Shown: positions 37,735 to 51,798, numbered from the stretch's first letter. The stretch is 64,000 nucleotides of DNA from Octopus sinensis (GCF_006345805.1 NC_043002.1:75516001-75580000); one strand, 5' to 3'. Numbers and translations are program-made. The notes: generated from the sequence alone by a model not told the origin.

Positions 37735-38235
37735 ACTACATACAGTATGTGTATCTTCATGAAGTAACCATATTGTTTTGAGTTCAGTTCCACTGTATGG
37801 TACCTTGGGCAAACGTCTGAGCCAACCAGTGTCTTGTGTGTATGTGCACATGTTTGTGTTTACCTCTCACTGCTTGCCAACCAGTGTTGCTTTGTTTACA
37901 TCCCTGTGATTAGCAGTTTGGCAAAGAGAGACTGATAGATTAATTGCCAAACTCAGAATAAGTACTGGTGTTGATTTTATTCTCTAAACCTTTCAAGGCA
38001 CTGCTCCAGCATGGCCACAGTCCAATGTCTGAAATAAACAAAAGCAAAAAATCCTGGATTGCATGCCTGGCCATTGGTGCAGGCATGGCTGTGTGGTTAA
38101 GAACTTTGCCTTGCAATCCCACAGCTCCAGGTTTGGTTACACTGTATGGCACTTTGAACAAGTATTTTCGGTTCTAGCTGCAGTGGGTGAATTTGGTTGA
38201 GAGAAACTGTAAGAATCTTATTGTATATATTTATA
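37735..38235 (+). mobile_element. Two decayed SINE family A copies; the second is split by the Tc1 element and continues at ~39491-39780
   Basis: Family A head and body motifs; the RTE-type tail CATGCAAGCATGGAAAAAC resumes after the transposon. Confidence 0.65.
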
Positions 38236-38237
38236 GG

Positions 38238-39490
38238 CAGGGGTTGGACAAAATAAAGGAAACACCTTAAAATTTCAAACAAATTTATTTTAATAGGGAG
38301 TACGATCACCTTTGGCTGTAATTACAGTTTGAACGCTATGAGGTATGGACTCATACAAAGTTTGAATTGTTTCCAAAGGAATTTTTCTCCATTCTTCAGC
38401 TAAGACAGTCTCCAGTTCTTGTAGTAATGATGGTGGAGGATATCGACTCTTTACTTGTTTTTCTAAAATGCACCATAAATGTTCAATAATATTGAGATCT
38501 GAGGCCTGTGGTGGCCAGATAAGATGTTCAACTTTACTAGAATGTTCCTCGTGCCATTCAGTAACAACTTTAGCTGTGTGAACTGGTGCATTATCATCCT
38601 GAAAGATTGCGTTTCCCTCCAGAAGCAGTTCCGCAACCTCAGGATGAATTTGATCAGATAAAATGCTTAAATAGTCTTGACTATTAATTCTGCCATGAAG
38701 GGAAACCGTTGGGCTAGCGGATTTCCAAGAGATAGCCCCCCCAGGTCATCACAGATCCTCCTCTATGTTTAACAGTTGGAAGAAGGTAGTCTGGGTCAAA
38801 TGCTTCTTTTGGCTGTCTCCACACGTATACTCGGCCATTGGTCTGAAATAAGATAAAGGATGACTCATCTGAGAAAATAACATTCTCCCACTGCTCTAGG
38901 GACCAATTCTGTAGGTTTTTACTCCACTCTAAATGCTTTACAACGTTTGCTTTTGAAAGTAGTGGTTTTCTGATTGCAGCCCTCCCATGAAATCCAGCTT
39001 TGTGCAGCTCCTGGCAAACAGTTTTTGTGGAAACTGGGCTGTTGAGGTGGTCATTAAGCTCTGCAGTAATTTTAAGAGCTGTACTTTTGTGATCCTTTCT
39101 AACAATTTATGTAAGAATCCGATGGTCCTTCTCTGAAAGTTTTGATTTTCTTCTGGAGTTTTGTTTCAACGAGAAGGGTTTTCCTTCTTTCTCAAAGGCT
39201 GTCATTACTTTCGAGACAGTACTTCTTGATACCCCAAACATTTTGGCTGTTTTCATTACACTAGCACCTGCCATACAAGCACCAACAATTTGACTTCTTT
39301 GAAAGTCTGATAGATCTGTCATTTTAATGAATTTTAATTACCTTTCTCTGATGATATCTGAAAAGAAACAGCAATTTTAGCAAAACATATTATAATAAAT
39401 CACAAAACAAAAATAAACAAGCTTTTGCCGGTTTTATAGATATTTCAAAATTATGATGCTAGGTGTTTCCATTATTTTGTCCAATCCCTG
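38238..39490 (-). mobile_element. Tc1/mariner DNA transposon, DD36E (Incomer-like), near full length
   Basis: 30-bp TIRs CAGGGGTTGGACAAAATAAAGGAAACACCT / CAGGGATTGGACAAAATAATGGAAACACCT; TA directly at the right end; 1253 bp. Confidence 0.92.
38290..39322 (-). pseudogene. Tc1-family transposase pseudogene (about 343 aa reconstructed)
   Basis: HTH N-terminus MTDLSDFQRSQIVG..VSRSTVSK, VIFSDES, TVKHRGGSVMTWG, FQDDNAPVH, WPPQASDLNIIE; one stop (39107-39109) and one +1 frameshift in the G run at ~38736-38742. Confidence 0.9.
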
Positions 39491-41056
39491 TATATGTATG
39501 TGTATGTCTGTATGTCTGTATGTGTTTTCTTGTTTTGATATTTATATACTGATTGTAAACAAAGTTGCTGTTGATGAAAAGACTGCATCGTTTGTGTATA
39601 GTTTTTCATGAAAACATATCTGGCTATTGTGTTGATCATGTTTGAAGGGCCAGTGGGAAAAATCATCATTCTTGGCATTGTTGATAGTTGGTGGCAGGCA
39701 GAACCTCCTAACTAAAGGAAATCTGCTCCAGGGAATCGCATCTGACTCATGCAAGCATGGAAAAACGGATATTAAAACAATAACAACAGCCACAATCAAA
39801 CTTGACATAAATGGAAGATTTCAAGGGCCTCTAGGATTTTTTTAGTGTCTACACAATAATCATGTAGGGCACTAGAAACCTGACGTAGTAAACCAGAACT
39901 TGTATACTTGGTGTTGTGAGCCAGTGTATACAACCTCTGTGTGTGTGTATGTGTTTGTTTGTTTGTGTGTGTGTGTGTGTATTCGTTTTCAGTTGTCAAA
40001 ATAGCCTGGCATTTAGTTTTGCCCTTATACTGTTACATTTATTTTTCTATATTAGTGCTGGTTGAATGGTTCTCAATCTTTTTGCATTTTCATTTTCAGT
40101 TGTTTTTCCCTTCCTTTGCTATCTGTCCCTCCCTTGTGTCCTTATTTTCTTTCTTACTCTTCTATCCATTGGATTCTTTTCTTTGCTTCTAAGACTCATC
40201 CATGAAATTAATGTACTGTTTTCTTTGACTGGTATCAGCCAAACAAAGTCTTGATACAGTGGCATTTTGAATGACGAGCCTACAGACACCTTACAACAAG
40301 CTCAGTGGCTACAAGTTAGATGTTTATTATAGAGTAGTAGGAAGTATGGTACACAAATACAAGAGTGGGAGATAGATAGATAGATAGATAGAGAGCGAGA
40401 GAGAGAGAGAGAGAGAATTGCATGTGTATGTATATGTTTGTTTGTCTGTTTTTTGGTAAACATAGACAGAATTGTCGATAACCCAAAATCTGAGAGTAGG
40501 CCAAGAAAAGTATTGAACAAGGTAGGTAACTGTTGACCTGAGAGGGAGATTGAGAGAAGTGAGGTTAACAACATATCAAACAAGGTGATAGAGAGGCTTT
40601 CAAGCATAAATTCATTTAACCTATATCATTATATTAAAGCAGCAGCTGATGATGATGATGATGTTTATGGTAGCAATTCCTCTTTTATAAAAAAAAATTT
40701 TGTTTTTTCAGTTTTCCTTTTACTTTCTTTTTTGTTTTTTCTCCTTTTTTTTTGATTTTTTCAAGGGAAATCTAATTTGATCTTTAAAAAACAGTTTCAT
40801 TTTTATTTTGTTTTCTTTTCTTTGTTGCTAGTTTTCCCAATTATCACCAACCAAATTTTTTTCCCCCTTTTTTCATATTCCAGACTGTTCTATTTCTACT
40901 ACTTTCAAAATTTTTCTTACTTGCTTATCATCATCATCATCATCATTATTATTATTATTATGCATTTTTGCTGGTGTTATTGTTATCGTAGATTGTTTAC
41001 ACAAACCATTTAAGTTGATGTTTGCCGTTCTTTGCCTATCATGTATTTTTTTTTAG

Positions 41057-41117
41057 TTCTTTTGTAAAAATGGTTGTTTAAAACAAATAACTTATCCCAG
41101 CCATCAAGCTATAAGTG
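41057..41117 (+). other. Candidate 61-nt internal exon
   Basis: Acceptor GTATTTTTTTTTAG|, donor GTG|GTAAGT; open only in phase 0 to 1 (FFCKNGCLKQITYPSHQAIS). Confidence 0.25.
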
Positions 41118-41232
41118 GTAAGTTTAAAATACATCAAAAGATATACATGTACATACGTACGTACGTAAGTATGTATGTATGTATGTCCATCCCACTCTCC
41201 ACTGCTCTCTCTATCTCTGTAACAAGTGTTTT

Positions 41233-41235
41233 ATA

Positions 41236-41296
<61 letters not shown>

Positions 41297-41591
41297 ATAT
41301 ATATATATATATGTATATTATATATAATATATATATATAATATAATATATATATAGTATATATATATATATAGATATATATATATATATATCTATATATA
41401 TGTATATATAATATATATATATATATATGTATATATATATGTATATATATACTATATATATATATATATATTATATATATATATATATATATGTATTATA
41501 TATATATATATATATGTATATAATATATATATATATATATATAGTATATATATATATTATGTATATATATATATTATATATGTATGTATAT

Positions 41592-41629
<38 letters not shown>

Positions 41630-41903
41630 ACACAAACACATATATATTAAATTTTTATCTATTTAAAAAAATAAAAAGTAATTTTGATGTAGCCTGCAGC
41701 TCAGTAATCTTGCTTAGTCAAAGATAAAATAGTTTTATTACTCATCCACACTAACCATATGAATTTTTCAACAGGATGAGGTGGGGAGATGGTATGCAAC
41801 TTTACAAAGCTGGAATTTTATTTCTGTTTAATTTTTCTTTTTTTTGTGTGTGTGTGTGTATATATAATATATATATAAATATATGTATATATATAAATAT
41901 ATG

Positions 41904-41976
<73 letters not shown>

Positions 41977-42011
41977 GATAAATGTATATATATGTATATA
42001 TATATAATATG

Positions 42012-42044
<33 letters not shown>

Positions 42045-42046
42045 TA

Positions 42047-42079
<33 letters not shown>

Positions 42080-42330
42080 ATATAGATAAATGTATATGTA
42101 TGTATATATATAAATATATGTATATATATATAAATTTATATGTATGTATATATATAAATATATGTATATATATATATAAATGTATATGTATGTATATATA
42201 TATAGATATATGTATATATATAAATATATGTATATGTATATATATATATGAATATATGTATATATATATGTATGTGTATATATATATATATATATATAGA
42301 TAGATATAGATAGATACATACATACATGTG
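41233..42330. repeat. Two long interrupted (TA)n arrays
   Basis: ~41233-41630 and ~41858-42330; explain ORFs 41802..42323 and neighbours. Confidence 0.95.
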
Positions 42331-43375
42331 TGTATATGTATATTTGTTTTGTTTTAGTTCCTCATCTTTTTTTTTGGGGGGGGGTCTGTTGATTCTGTGT
42401 TCTTATATTACTATATGTTCTTACAGATCTATTATTATATGCTACTCCTTAGTTGTTTTTTCTGTTTGTTTTAGTTTTTATTTATTCATTTTATTATTTT
42501 TATTTTTTGGGTAGTTTAGAAATTTAATTCTCACTTTCTTCTTTGTCTTCTCTCTCCAAGATTAATCCCCTTGACAGAATTTAAATCCATCCCAACTCCA
42601 AATTTCACAGTTATTAAAAATGTTTAATGCTTGCTGCTTACTCTTGGTGTGTGTGCGTGCGCATGTGTGTGTGTGTATGCATGCACGCGTGTGTGTGTGT
42701 GTGTGTGTGTGTGTCTGAGAAGCAACAGTTGGGCTTTATGAGCTGGCTAATGGGTAATAATACATTTTTTATGTCCTCAGAAACATCCTCTTCTCTCCCA
42801 TTTTTGTGACAAATATTTAGCATACTGTCAACAGCAGTTGTAGTGATAAAATATTTCCTTTTACGAAGCACCCACCTGCCCTACCACCATAAACACACAC
42901 ATGCACGCACATACTTTTTCTTATAAATGTCTTTATAGTCATTGTGTAAATACAATACACACATATGCATACATGCGTGTGTGTGTGTGTATATTCTGTA
43001 TTAGTCTTGCTCTTTCTTTCACTTACCATCTTCTGGAATTTGTCCAAAGAGTTTTTATTTGTTTGTTCTTCCACCGATTCTGTAGTCTACATTAATAAGT
43101 CTGTCTGTCTGTCTGGTATTAATCAAAGAGATGTGACATCTTAAGTTCAAATCCTGTTTGTGCTGATTTTATTGCCTATTCATCCCTACTGTCATCATGT
43201 AGGGCCCTCCTTGTGTCCAGGGGTCAGCTTGTGAAGGCTCTCCAGTTCCCTCTATGATGTGTTGCATGCATACAACCTGCTCTGCTCTAATCGATGAATA
43301 TAAACAAGTAAATCAACTTCAATGCTGAGCCGGGTTTTTTTTTCTTTTTTTTTTTTTCCTTTCTGTAGTAAAGAT

Positions 43376-44060
43376 ACTTATGGCTGTGTGGTTAAGAAGC
43401 TCACTTTGCAGTTACAGAGTTTTGTGTTCAGTTCCCCTGTGTGACACCTTGGGCAAGTGTCTTCTACCAGAGCCCTGGGTCAGTTGACCAATGCCTTGTG
43501 AAGGAATTTGGTTGATGGAAACTCTATGGATGCTTGTCATGTTTGTGTGTGTGTGTGTCTTTCTGTCTGTCCTCTATCACTGCTTGCTCCCTCTAATGGA
43601 ACAGTTCAAGAAAAGAGAGAAATAGAATAAGTATCAGATTTGAAAAATAAATACCAGCATCAAAAGCAGACATACATAAGGCTGTGTGGTAAACAGCTTC
43701 CTTACCAACCACATGGTTCCAGGTTCAGTCCCACTGTGTGGCACCTTGGGCAAGTGTCTTCTATAGTCTCGGGCTGACCAAAGCCTTGTGAGTAGATTTC
43801 ATAGACGGAAATTGAAAGAAGCTCATTGTATATATATATTTATATATATATGTATGTGTGTGTGTTTGTCTCCCCCAACATCGCTTGACAACCAATGCTG
43901 GTGTGTTTATGTCCCTGTAACTTAACAGTTCGGCAAAAGAGACTGATAGTGTAAGTACTAGGCTTACAAAAATAAGTCCTGGGGTCAGTTTGCTCAACTA
44001 GAGGCGGTGCTCCAGTATGGCCACAGTCAAATGACTGAAACAAGTAAAAGAATAAAAGAA
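43376..44060 (+). mobile_element. Two tandem SINE family A copies
   Basis: GGCTGTGTGGTTAAGAAG at ~43382 and GGCTGTGTGGTAAACAG at ~43680; tail AAACAAGTAAAAGAATAAAAG. Confidence 0.85.
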
Positions 44061-46983
44061 TATATATATATGTGTGTGTTTTAGTGTTGCTTTGTCTAGA
44101 CATCATGTTATAGTTGTAAATGAGTGTCACAAGTGCTATTATCCATTTCTAAACTTGTCCAGCGAAGAGAAAATTTTTTTATCTTGCTTGGAAACAGGTA
44201 AGGGTTGGTAACAGGGAGGCTATCTATATACAATAAATTCCACTTGATCTATGCGAATATGGGAAAGTGTACATTAAGATGATGAAAATGATGAATGCAA
44301 TGACAGCAAGTTTAATGATGGTGAAAATAATGAAATTCCATTTTGTCCCCCTTTCATATGGAGGGCCGCCCCCTTAACATCAAATTGCTGCTTCTTTACA
44401 CTGTATATGAACTTATCCAAACTCATAAGCTTCACCACTACACACATCAGGTTTGCCAAGACTTGCAACAAAGTCTTGAGTCTCATAATTTTACTCATAA
44501 TCTCATGTTTTCACAAGCAGTATCTCATGCTTCCTTCAAAGACAAACTACAAGAAAAAAAAAATTTCGAAGCATCTAATGACTTATCATAGTCCTGAGGC
44601 GCATTTTTGGCCTACTTGTAGATCAGTCTGCTTGGAGCAGCAGCATCTCCAGTTCAACTCATCATGCAGTTGGGAAATTTTTATTATGTGTACAGCCCAT
44701 GATTGCAGTGGATGGTGATTACATACTGGCTCAGAATCTTAGGCCTCAAGTCTACTCTTGCACTGCATAGAAGCCAGAAACTGTGGGATTAACAACTTCA
44801 AAAATAAAACAATCTTATTCTAATATGACAGACAACCAAGTAGCACATGTGAATCAGTAGTGATGAAGAAAATGATTGCAGTGAAAAATGGCAGTCTTCT
44901 ACAAAACAAAATAAGTTACCTGGCGTTGCTATTCAAAAACAGCTGGAAAGAAATTTGAGGGCATCTCACCACTTTTTATCATTTCTCACTACTTTTTCTT
45001 TTTCCAGGTTTGAATTCTCATGACTTTTGACTTTGAGGCTTGGTAAATCTGCATACATTCATGTATACATGCATGCATAAAAAGCAAGCTTGTCTACTGC
45101 AATAATGCGTTAAACATGCACTTTGTCTTGGTTTGACACTGTGATGTCTAACTTTCCACCATATTTAGCTGCTGTTGCAAAGTTTTTTTTCTATTCCAAC
45201 CTAAGGCCCCACATTTTCATTATCAAAATCCAGTTGCTGTTTATCTCCTATCAGGTGGTGTCCAGCCCACCCCATATGCCTAAAACGGCAACTCAAGAAC
45301 CACTGTGACTTAGAAATGGAATAAAAATACAGCCCTGTAGTGGGTTGGGGAGGGGGTGTTTTTATTTGTTTGCATTATTGCCATAGTGAAAGGGTTATAA
45401 ATGAATATTGATGATCACTGTAACAACAACGACAACAACAACTACAACAGCAGCAGCGGCAGCGATGACGACAACAGGAGCAGCAGCAGCAGTAACTCAT
45501 TACTTGATCAATTACTGATGGTTTGATAGAATTAATTTCATTATTATTAGAAACCGTTCTGTAAAAATAAAGATAATTCGAAAGATTAAATTATATTGAA
45601 CTAATTTTCATATCCTTATATTGACAGAAGAGTAAAATATTTATCTTGATTCAATCTAATATAACTGATTAAGAGATTTTAAGAGCGAGTGTTTGTATGT
45701 ATGTGTGCATGTGTGTTTGCCGGCATGCATAAATGCATGTATGTGTTTATATATATATATATATATATTTATCTGTGTATGTGTCTTTGTGTATGTATGT
45801 GATGTTTATATTTAACTTGTAACTCTGATCTCTTGTGTTGACTTACTTGCCCGATGTTGTTTTTTTTTTTATTTTCTATTTTCGTTTTATTTTTATTTTA
45901 TTTTTACTCACATTCGTTCTTTCTCTCCTTCTCTTTCCAAACATCTTTAATTGATAAAAGATTAATTTTTCATCTTTATCGAAGATTCCATAATATACAG
46001 CCATCTGCATACAAATTAAGCCCTCCCACCTCCACCACCACTTCACCCTTCCTTCCCTCTCTCCCTCACTCTCTCTCTTTCTCCCCCTCTGCTCTTACTT
46101 TCATTCTTTCTAATATAAAATGGTTCCTTCTTCTGTCGCCTTCATAGAATTCAACCAAAGAAGCAGCATGCACACCTAGAAGACAAATTTTAATCTCTAA
46201 TGTCAATTAAGAATATTCTGCTAAGGCAGCAAGACGGAAGAATGTGTGAAATGTAAATGATAAAAGCGTGGAGCTGTTTGAGTGTGAAATGAAAATGGCA
46301 AGTTAAGGGACCGTGTTTCATTAAGGAAAGGACTAGCGGAAGAAGATGATATGTGTGTCGGGGATAGGTAAATGTGGAGGAATTGCGTTAAGTTAGAGAG
46401 CATTGGTGTGAAGCTATTTCATCTGGGAATTGAAGTTGTTGTTTAGTAACAATGAAGCCCTGATTGAGCAGTCCCTTGATCAAAGGTGTTCTAACCATGA
46501 CCATCCTGTCTTTCTTATCATCTTCTGACATCTTGTAACTAGGATTACATTATCTATTGTGTCCTTGTTATCAAAACAAATTTTTTTCCAGACATATTAG
46601 AGAGTGATCTATGGGTGACTTCACTATTATTTCTAGAAGGTTTAGCTACCTCATAAGGATTCCTTTGTTGAATCACATAGAATTTGTTTCTCAGGTAGTG
46701 ATGGTGGTTTTCCAAGTAGTGATGGTGGTGGTACCTTTTATCTATCACCAAGGCCCCTTAGTTTCAAACAAAATCACAGACCTTAAGTACATGCTCTTTA
46801 GTAAACGATTATTCTTAATTGAGATATTGTTTGCAGTCATTGATCCCTTTTAAGCTTATTTTTTCTTTGAGACACTATCTGGTATTGTGTCTTGGACTTT
46901 AAATAGTCTGTCCTTTACTTCTTGACTCTAATTTTGTCTTATGGTAAATCTCTTACTTCAGACTTATAATATCATACCATAAA

Positions 46984-47204
46984 CCTTTTGATATCAACTT
47001 GTCTGAGACTGCCTCTGTTTCTATGATTCGAAGTTCATGCTTTAAAATGAATTAAAGTAAACCCTTCCATCAGAATTTCTTGTTAATTTATGTTCCATAT
47101 ACTGGCTTAATAGTGACAAAATTATTTAAACAAATTATTCATTATTTTAAAACTTAGTTGAAATAAAGTCAAAGTATTTCAACAAAAAATTGGTTACAAA
47201 AGGG
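46984..47204. mobile_element. piggyBac-like MITE (family of 55071-55287, opposite orientation)
   Basis: Ends (TAAA)CCTTTTGATATC and CAAAAGGG(TTAA); internal reverse-complement similarity. Confidence 0.55.
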
Positions 47205-47889
47205 TTAAATTTATATACACAAATTGAACTTTTTTTTTTGTTTTTACTACACTTAACTCCTCTGAAAAAAACTTTGCCTCAAATTGACATACTTGTCCCT
47301 GACTGACCCGACTCTTATAGCAAAACAGTAATCTACCACTGAGCCAATCATTGGCTTTGCTTACTCTCATATTCAAAATGGACAGGTCAAATTTATATCC
47401 TATATTCTACTGTTTGGCTTCAGATTGGTTATAGCCTTCCAAACCTTTCATCATTGCAAGCTATTTCATCATTGCAAGCTATTTCATCAAATCAATCATC
47501 TTGTGCGACCCTGTCTTTAACGTCTAACTAGAAAATAATATTCTCAAAATTTAATACATGAATAGTTAAAGCATTTCTAAGAGTAATATTTCTTAGTTCT
47601 TTTTTTCTTTTCCTTTTCATTTGCAGTATATGTTGTTCTTTGGCTCTTGTGGTTGTAGCTTATTGCATAACATATATTCATGAACACGTTACATGTTGTC
47701 AAATATTTCACAACTGAAAGGTCTTGACTTTGTGACCCTCTCAGAATTATGCCATGACACGGTTTAGGTTGCAGAATTATGCCTACCAGTTTAGGTTGCA
47801 AACAAATAGGTTCAGCATCACTGTCCTAGATAGAGTAAGCCTCTTATAGTCAATGCATATGACACACTAGCAAAAGGCAACCTTTGGCT

Positions 47890-48268
47890 CTCTCTTTACT
47901 CTTTTACTAGTTTCAGTCATTTGACTGTGGCCATGCTGGAGCACTGCCTTTAGACGAGCAAATCGCCCCCAGGACTTATTCTTTGAAAGCCTAGTACTTA
48001 TTCTATCAGTCTCTTTTGCCGAACTGCTAAGTTATGGGGGACATAAGCACACCAGTATCGGTTGTCAAGAGATGTTTGGGGGACAAACACAGACACACAA
48101 ACATACACACACACACACTTCTTCCAGTTTCTGTCTACCAAATCCACTTACAAGGCTTTGGTCAGCCTGAGGCTATAGTAGAAGACACTTGTCTATGGTG
48201 CAATGCAGTGAGACTGAACCCGGAACCATGTGGTTCGTAAGCAAGCTACTTACCACACAGCCACTCAG
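47890..48268 (-). mobile_element. SINE family A
   Basis: TTTCAGTCATTTGACTGTGGCCATGCTGGAGCAC..CCACACAGCCACTC. Confidence 0.85.
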
Positions 48269-48699
48269 CCATGTCTTTCTTAAAATCATCTCATCTTTAA
48301 TATTGGTCTAGCACTAAATTTTCATGTCCTAGGGTTAGTTAGTTTTCAGACAATTTCACGATTACTTTTGTCCTAACCTGAACTATTGACCTTAAACTCA
48401 TGTCCAGGAGTGAATCAGTTTCAACAAAATAAAAGGTCCAGCATAGTTACCTGCATGACCAACTTGAAATAGTAGTCAAATCGACCACCTGATAAAAAAT
48501 TTTTAAAAAAATCCTGCTGAGGTTAACCTAGGCCTTCCATCTTACTGGAGGTTAATAAAATAACTAGAATTTTCAGGGGTAAGAGGGCAGGATGGGTGGA
48601 TATGATGTTACTTAATTGACCATTCCCTCCTCCCATTTTTGTGATTGTATTCTTTGTTATAAATTATTATTATGATTATCATTATTCTTGTGCTGATGC

Positions 48700-49070
48700 C
48701 ACATATAAAGACTTTACCTTTTCATCCTTTTGGGGTCAATGGAATAAGTGCCAGTTACACACTAGGGTCAATGTAATTGACTACCCTCTTCCCCCAAATT
48801 TCAGGCCTTGTGCCTATAGTAGAAAGGAATATTATTATTATTATTATTAAGGCAGTGAGCTGGCAGAATTGTTAGCATGCTGGACGAAATGCTTAGTGGT
48901 ATTTTGCCCAATGCTATGTTCTGAGTTCAAATTCCTCTGAGGTTAACTGTGCTTTTCATCCTTTCGGGGTTGATAAATTAAGTACCAGTGAAACATTGGG
49001 GTTGATGTAATCAACTAGTCCTCTACCCCTAAATTTCAGGCCTTGTGCCTATAGTAGAAAGGATTATTAT
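48700..49070 (+). mobile_element. SINE family B, partial plus full copy, CpG-decayed
   Basis: GGCAGTGAGCTGGCAGAATTGTTAGCATGCTGG..GAGGTTAAC..GGGGTTGAT (TG where intact copies have CG). Confidence 0.85.
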
Positions 49071-50061
49071 TATTATTATTATTGTTATTATTATTATTAT
49101 TATTAAATTTTGAAAATTTTCACTTCCTTTTCAACTGAAGCATGGATGTGATGGAAGGAGGAACAAAAATGGTTTGTTGCCTTTTAGTTGACTGCATTGT
49201 GATTGCTAATTACTAGTGACGAAGGTGGGAGCAGAGCCTATTGTACCCATCAGGCCAAAAACAAAATACCCACCCCCCACCTGTGATAAGCAAAGGGGGC
49301 TATATTTCTATGCGTAGGCTGTAGTTTGTAATAGCTTAAACGAAATTAGACAGTGGAAGCCCAGCAATTTAACCCCTCAGCTACCACTTTGCTGCATCTT
49401 TTCTTCTGAAGCTGTAAAACTGAACTCGATGTCAGTAACTTCCTTTGAGTACGTTTATTAGGTAGGAAATTTCCAGACACTGCCTCTCTCTCTCGCTCTG
49501 TCTCTCTCTTCTGATTATCATAAGTTCTACAATAAAAAGTTGTTGAGGAAACATCCAATTGCACTCCTCTGTAATGGGGGCCTTACATACTTAAAAACCA
49601 GCATTCAGTGTTAGGTTACAGGTTCATTCTTTCCTTCCTTCCTTTTTTTATTTTTGTCATGCTGATTTGCTTTCCTTTCATTTTTTTTTTTATTCTTCTG
49701 TTTTCATCGTCTCTGTCTCTTTCTCTATTTTTATTTATTCTCCTACCATTTTATACTCATATCTTTGTTTCTATATATATATTTTTTTATTTACTACATT
49801 CTTTTTCCCCCTCCCTCTCTTCCTCCAATCATTGCCATTCTCTTTTATGCTTCCTTGTTTTTGTATTTTTTTTCATTTGTTTTACTCCTTTCTTTCCATT
49901 TTTCTTCTTTTTCATTGCATTGTATTTATCTCTGTCTTATCTGTTCTCTCTCTCTTGCTTCTCTTTCTCTCTTGTCTCTAACTCTGATTCTTATAAACTT
50001 ATCTATCCCTATCTGACTCCATGTATCTACCTTTATATATATATATATATATATATCCTTT

Positions 50062-50097
<36 letters not shown>

Positions 50098-51145
50098 AAT
50101 ATATAAAGGTAGATACATGGAGCATATTATATATATATATATAGTATCTATCCATCTATCATTTTTCTCCGGTTTTTATTTTTGTATCTCTGTTTCATTT
50201 CTGATTTATCTTTCTGACTTTCATGCCTTTTTTGCATTATATATATATGTATATATATATATATGTGTGTGTGTGTACATACATAAATACATATATGCAC
50301 ACACAAACACACACTCACGCACATATATATACATACATGCATACATACATACTCCTATGTCTCTATCTGTCTATCTTTTTCACTTCACCCACGTTCCAAA
50401 TCTTATTGTATGGCAAGCACCATAATGATTGGTATCTGTGCAGCTAGTTCAGAAGTCACAAATCATCGATCACAAAGGCTGCACACGCAGACAAATAATT
50501 GTGTGCTTTTCAGCGGTTCCGCTTTTTGCAGAGAATACCTAATGAGACATTTAAGGTTTGGTTATGCATATTGAATCTATACACTCTAAAACTGCGATGT
50601 ATGTGAACACCAATAGAAAGAATGAGGGAACAATGCAGGGAGAAAAAGAGATACAGAGAAAGAGAGAGAGAGAGGTCCTATCTATTTTCAGTTCATTACA
50701 TATGCATGTATTTATAAAACCCTGTGTGTAGGTATATGTGTGCTGTGTGTATGCACATGTGTAGGTATATGTGTGATGTGTGTGCTGCAATGTGTGTATG
50801 TCTGTTTGATGTATATTTATATAACATACTTTTGCATCATGTTTCTATATGTGCATGTGACAATTTGTCTTTTGTTTGTATGTGTGCATATATATGTATA
50901 TGCATGTGCGTGCATATATTCTATTGCAATGTCAGCCATTTTTTTCTTCATAAATTACCATGTGTACAGATCTTACATACCATCAGCTTGTATGCATCTG
51001 TATGTGTGTGTGAATATATATGTATGTACACACAGACACATGTGCAAGTGTATGTTTATACATGCATGCTAAATGTACACACACACACTAGACAAAATGT
51101 AATTATTAGTTTGACGCTTGCTGAGGGATTCAAAATAAGGAAGTG

Positions 51146-51184
51146 CTTTTGACGTTTCGAGCTTCAGCTCCTCTTCAATAAGTT
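51146..51184 (-). ncRNA. Degenerate minimal hammerhead motif in a second PLE-like end
   Basis: Minus strand UUGAAGA-G-GAGC-UGAA-GCUC-GAAA-CG-UC-AAAAG; perfect stem II and GUC triplet, C3U, disrupted stem I. Confidence 0.45.
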
Positions 51185-51767
51185 AGAAAGAATGAAGGAA
51201 GGAGTGTGGAAAAAAGGAAATAAAATACATGTTCCTGTATGTATAAATGTATGGTTGTGCATATGTGTCTATGTATGTATGTCCATACATCTGTCTGTAT
51301 GCCTCTCTATCTACTACACACACACACACACACAGTCTCTTGTGTATTGTGTGTTAAGGTCAGAAGCTCTTTACTGTAAAATAAATAAAATAAAAAACTT
51401 GATGCCAACAAAAAAATAAAATGGAAAAACCAAAGAAAAACAACATTAAAAAAAAACATATCTCACTTCACTGATATGTATTTACTATGATAATAATAGT
51501 CTTTTGCTGATTTAACTCTTGTATTCTTATGAATAATAAATAAATTCAGCAAAATGGCTCCAACTACTTTGTCTTCCCCTTCTCTCTCTCTCTCTCTTTC
51601 AAATCCTATAGAAACGAAAAAGCAAAAGCAGCAGCAACAACAACAACAATAATGATAATAAATTCAATGAAAACAACAACAACAACGAACAATATTGTTT
51701 TTATTGTCATTCATTTTATTGGTCTTGTGCTTGTGCAAGAAAATACCATCATCATTATTATTGCCCA

Positions 51768-51798
<31 letters not shown>

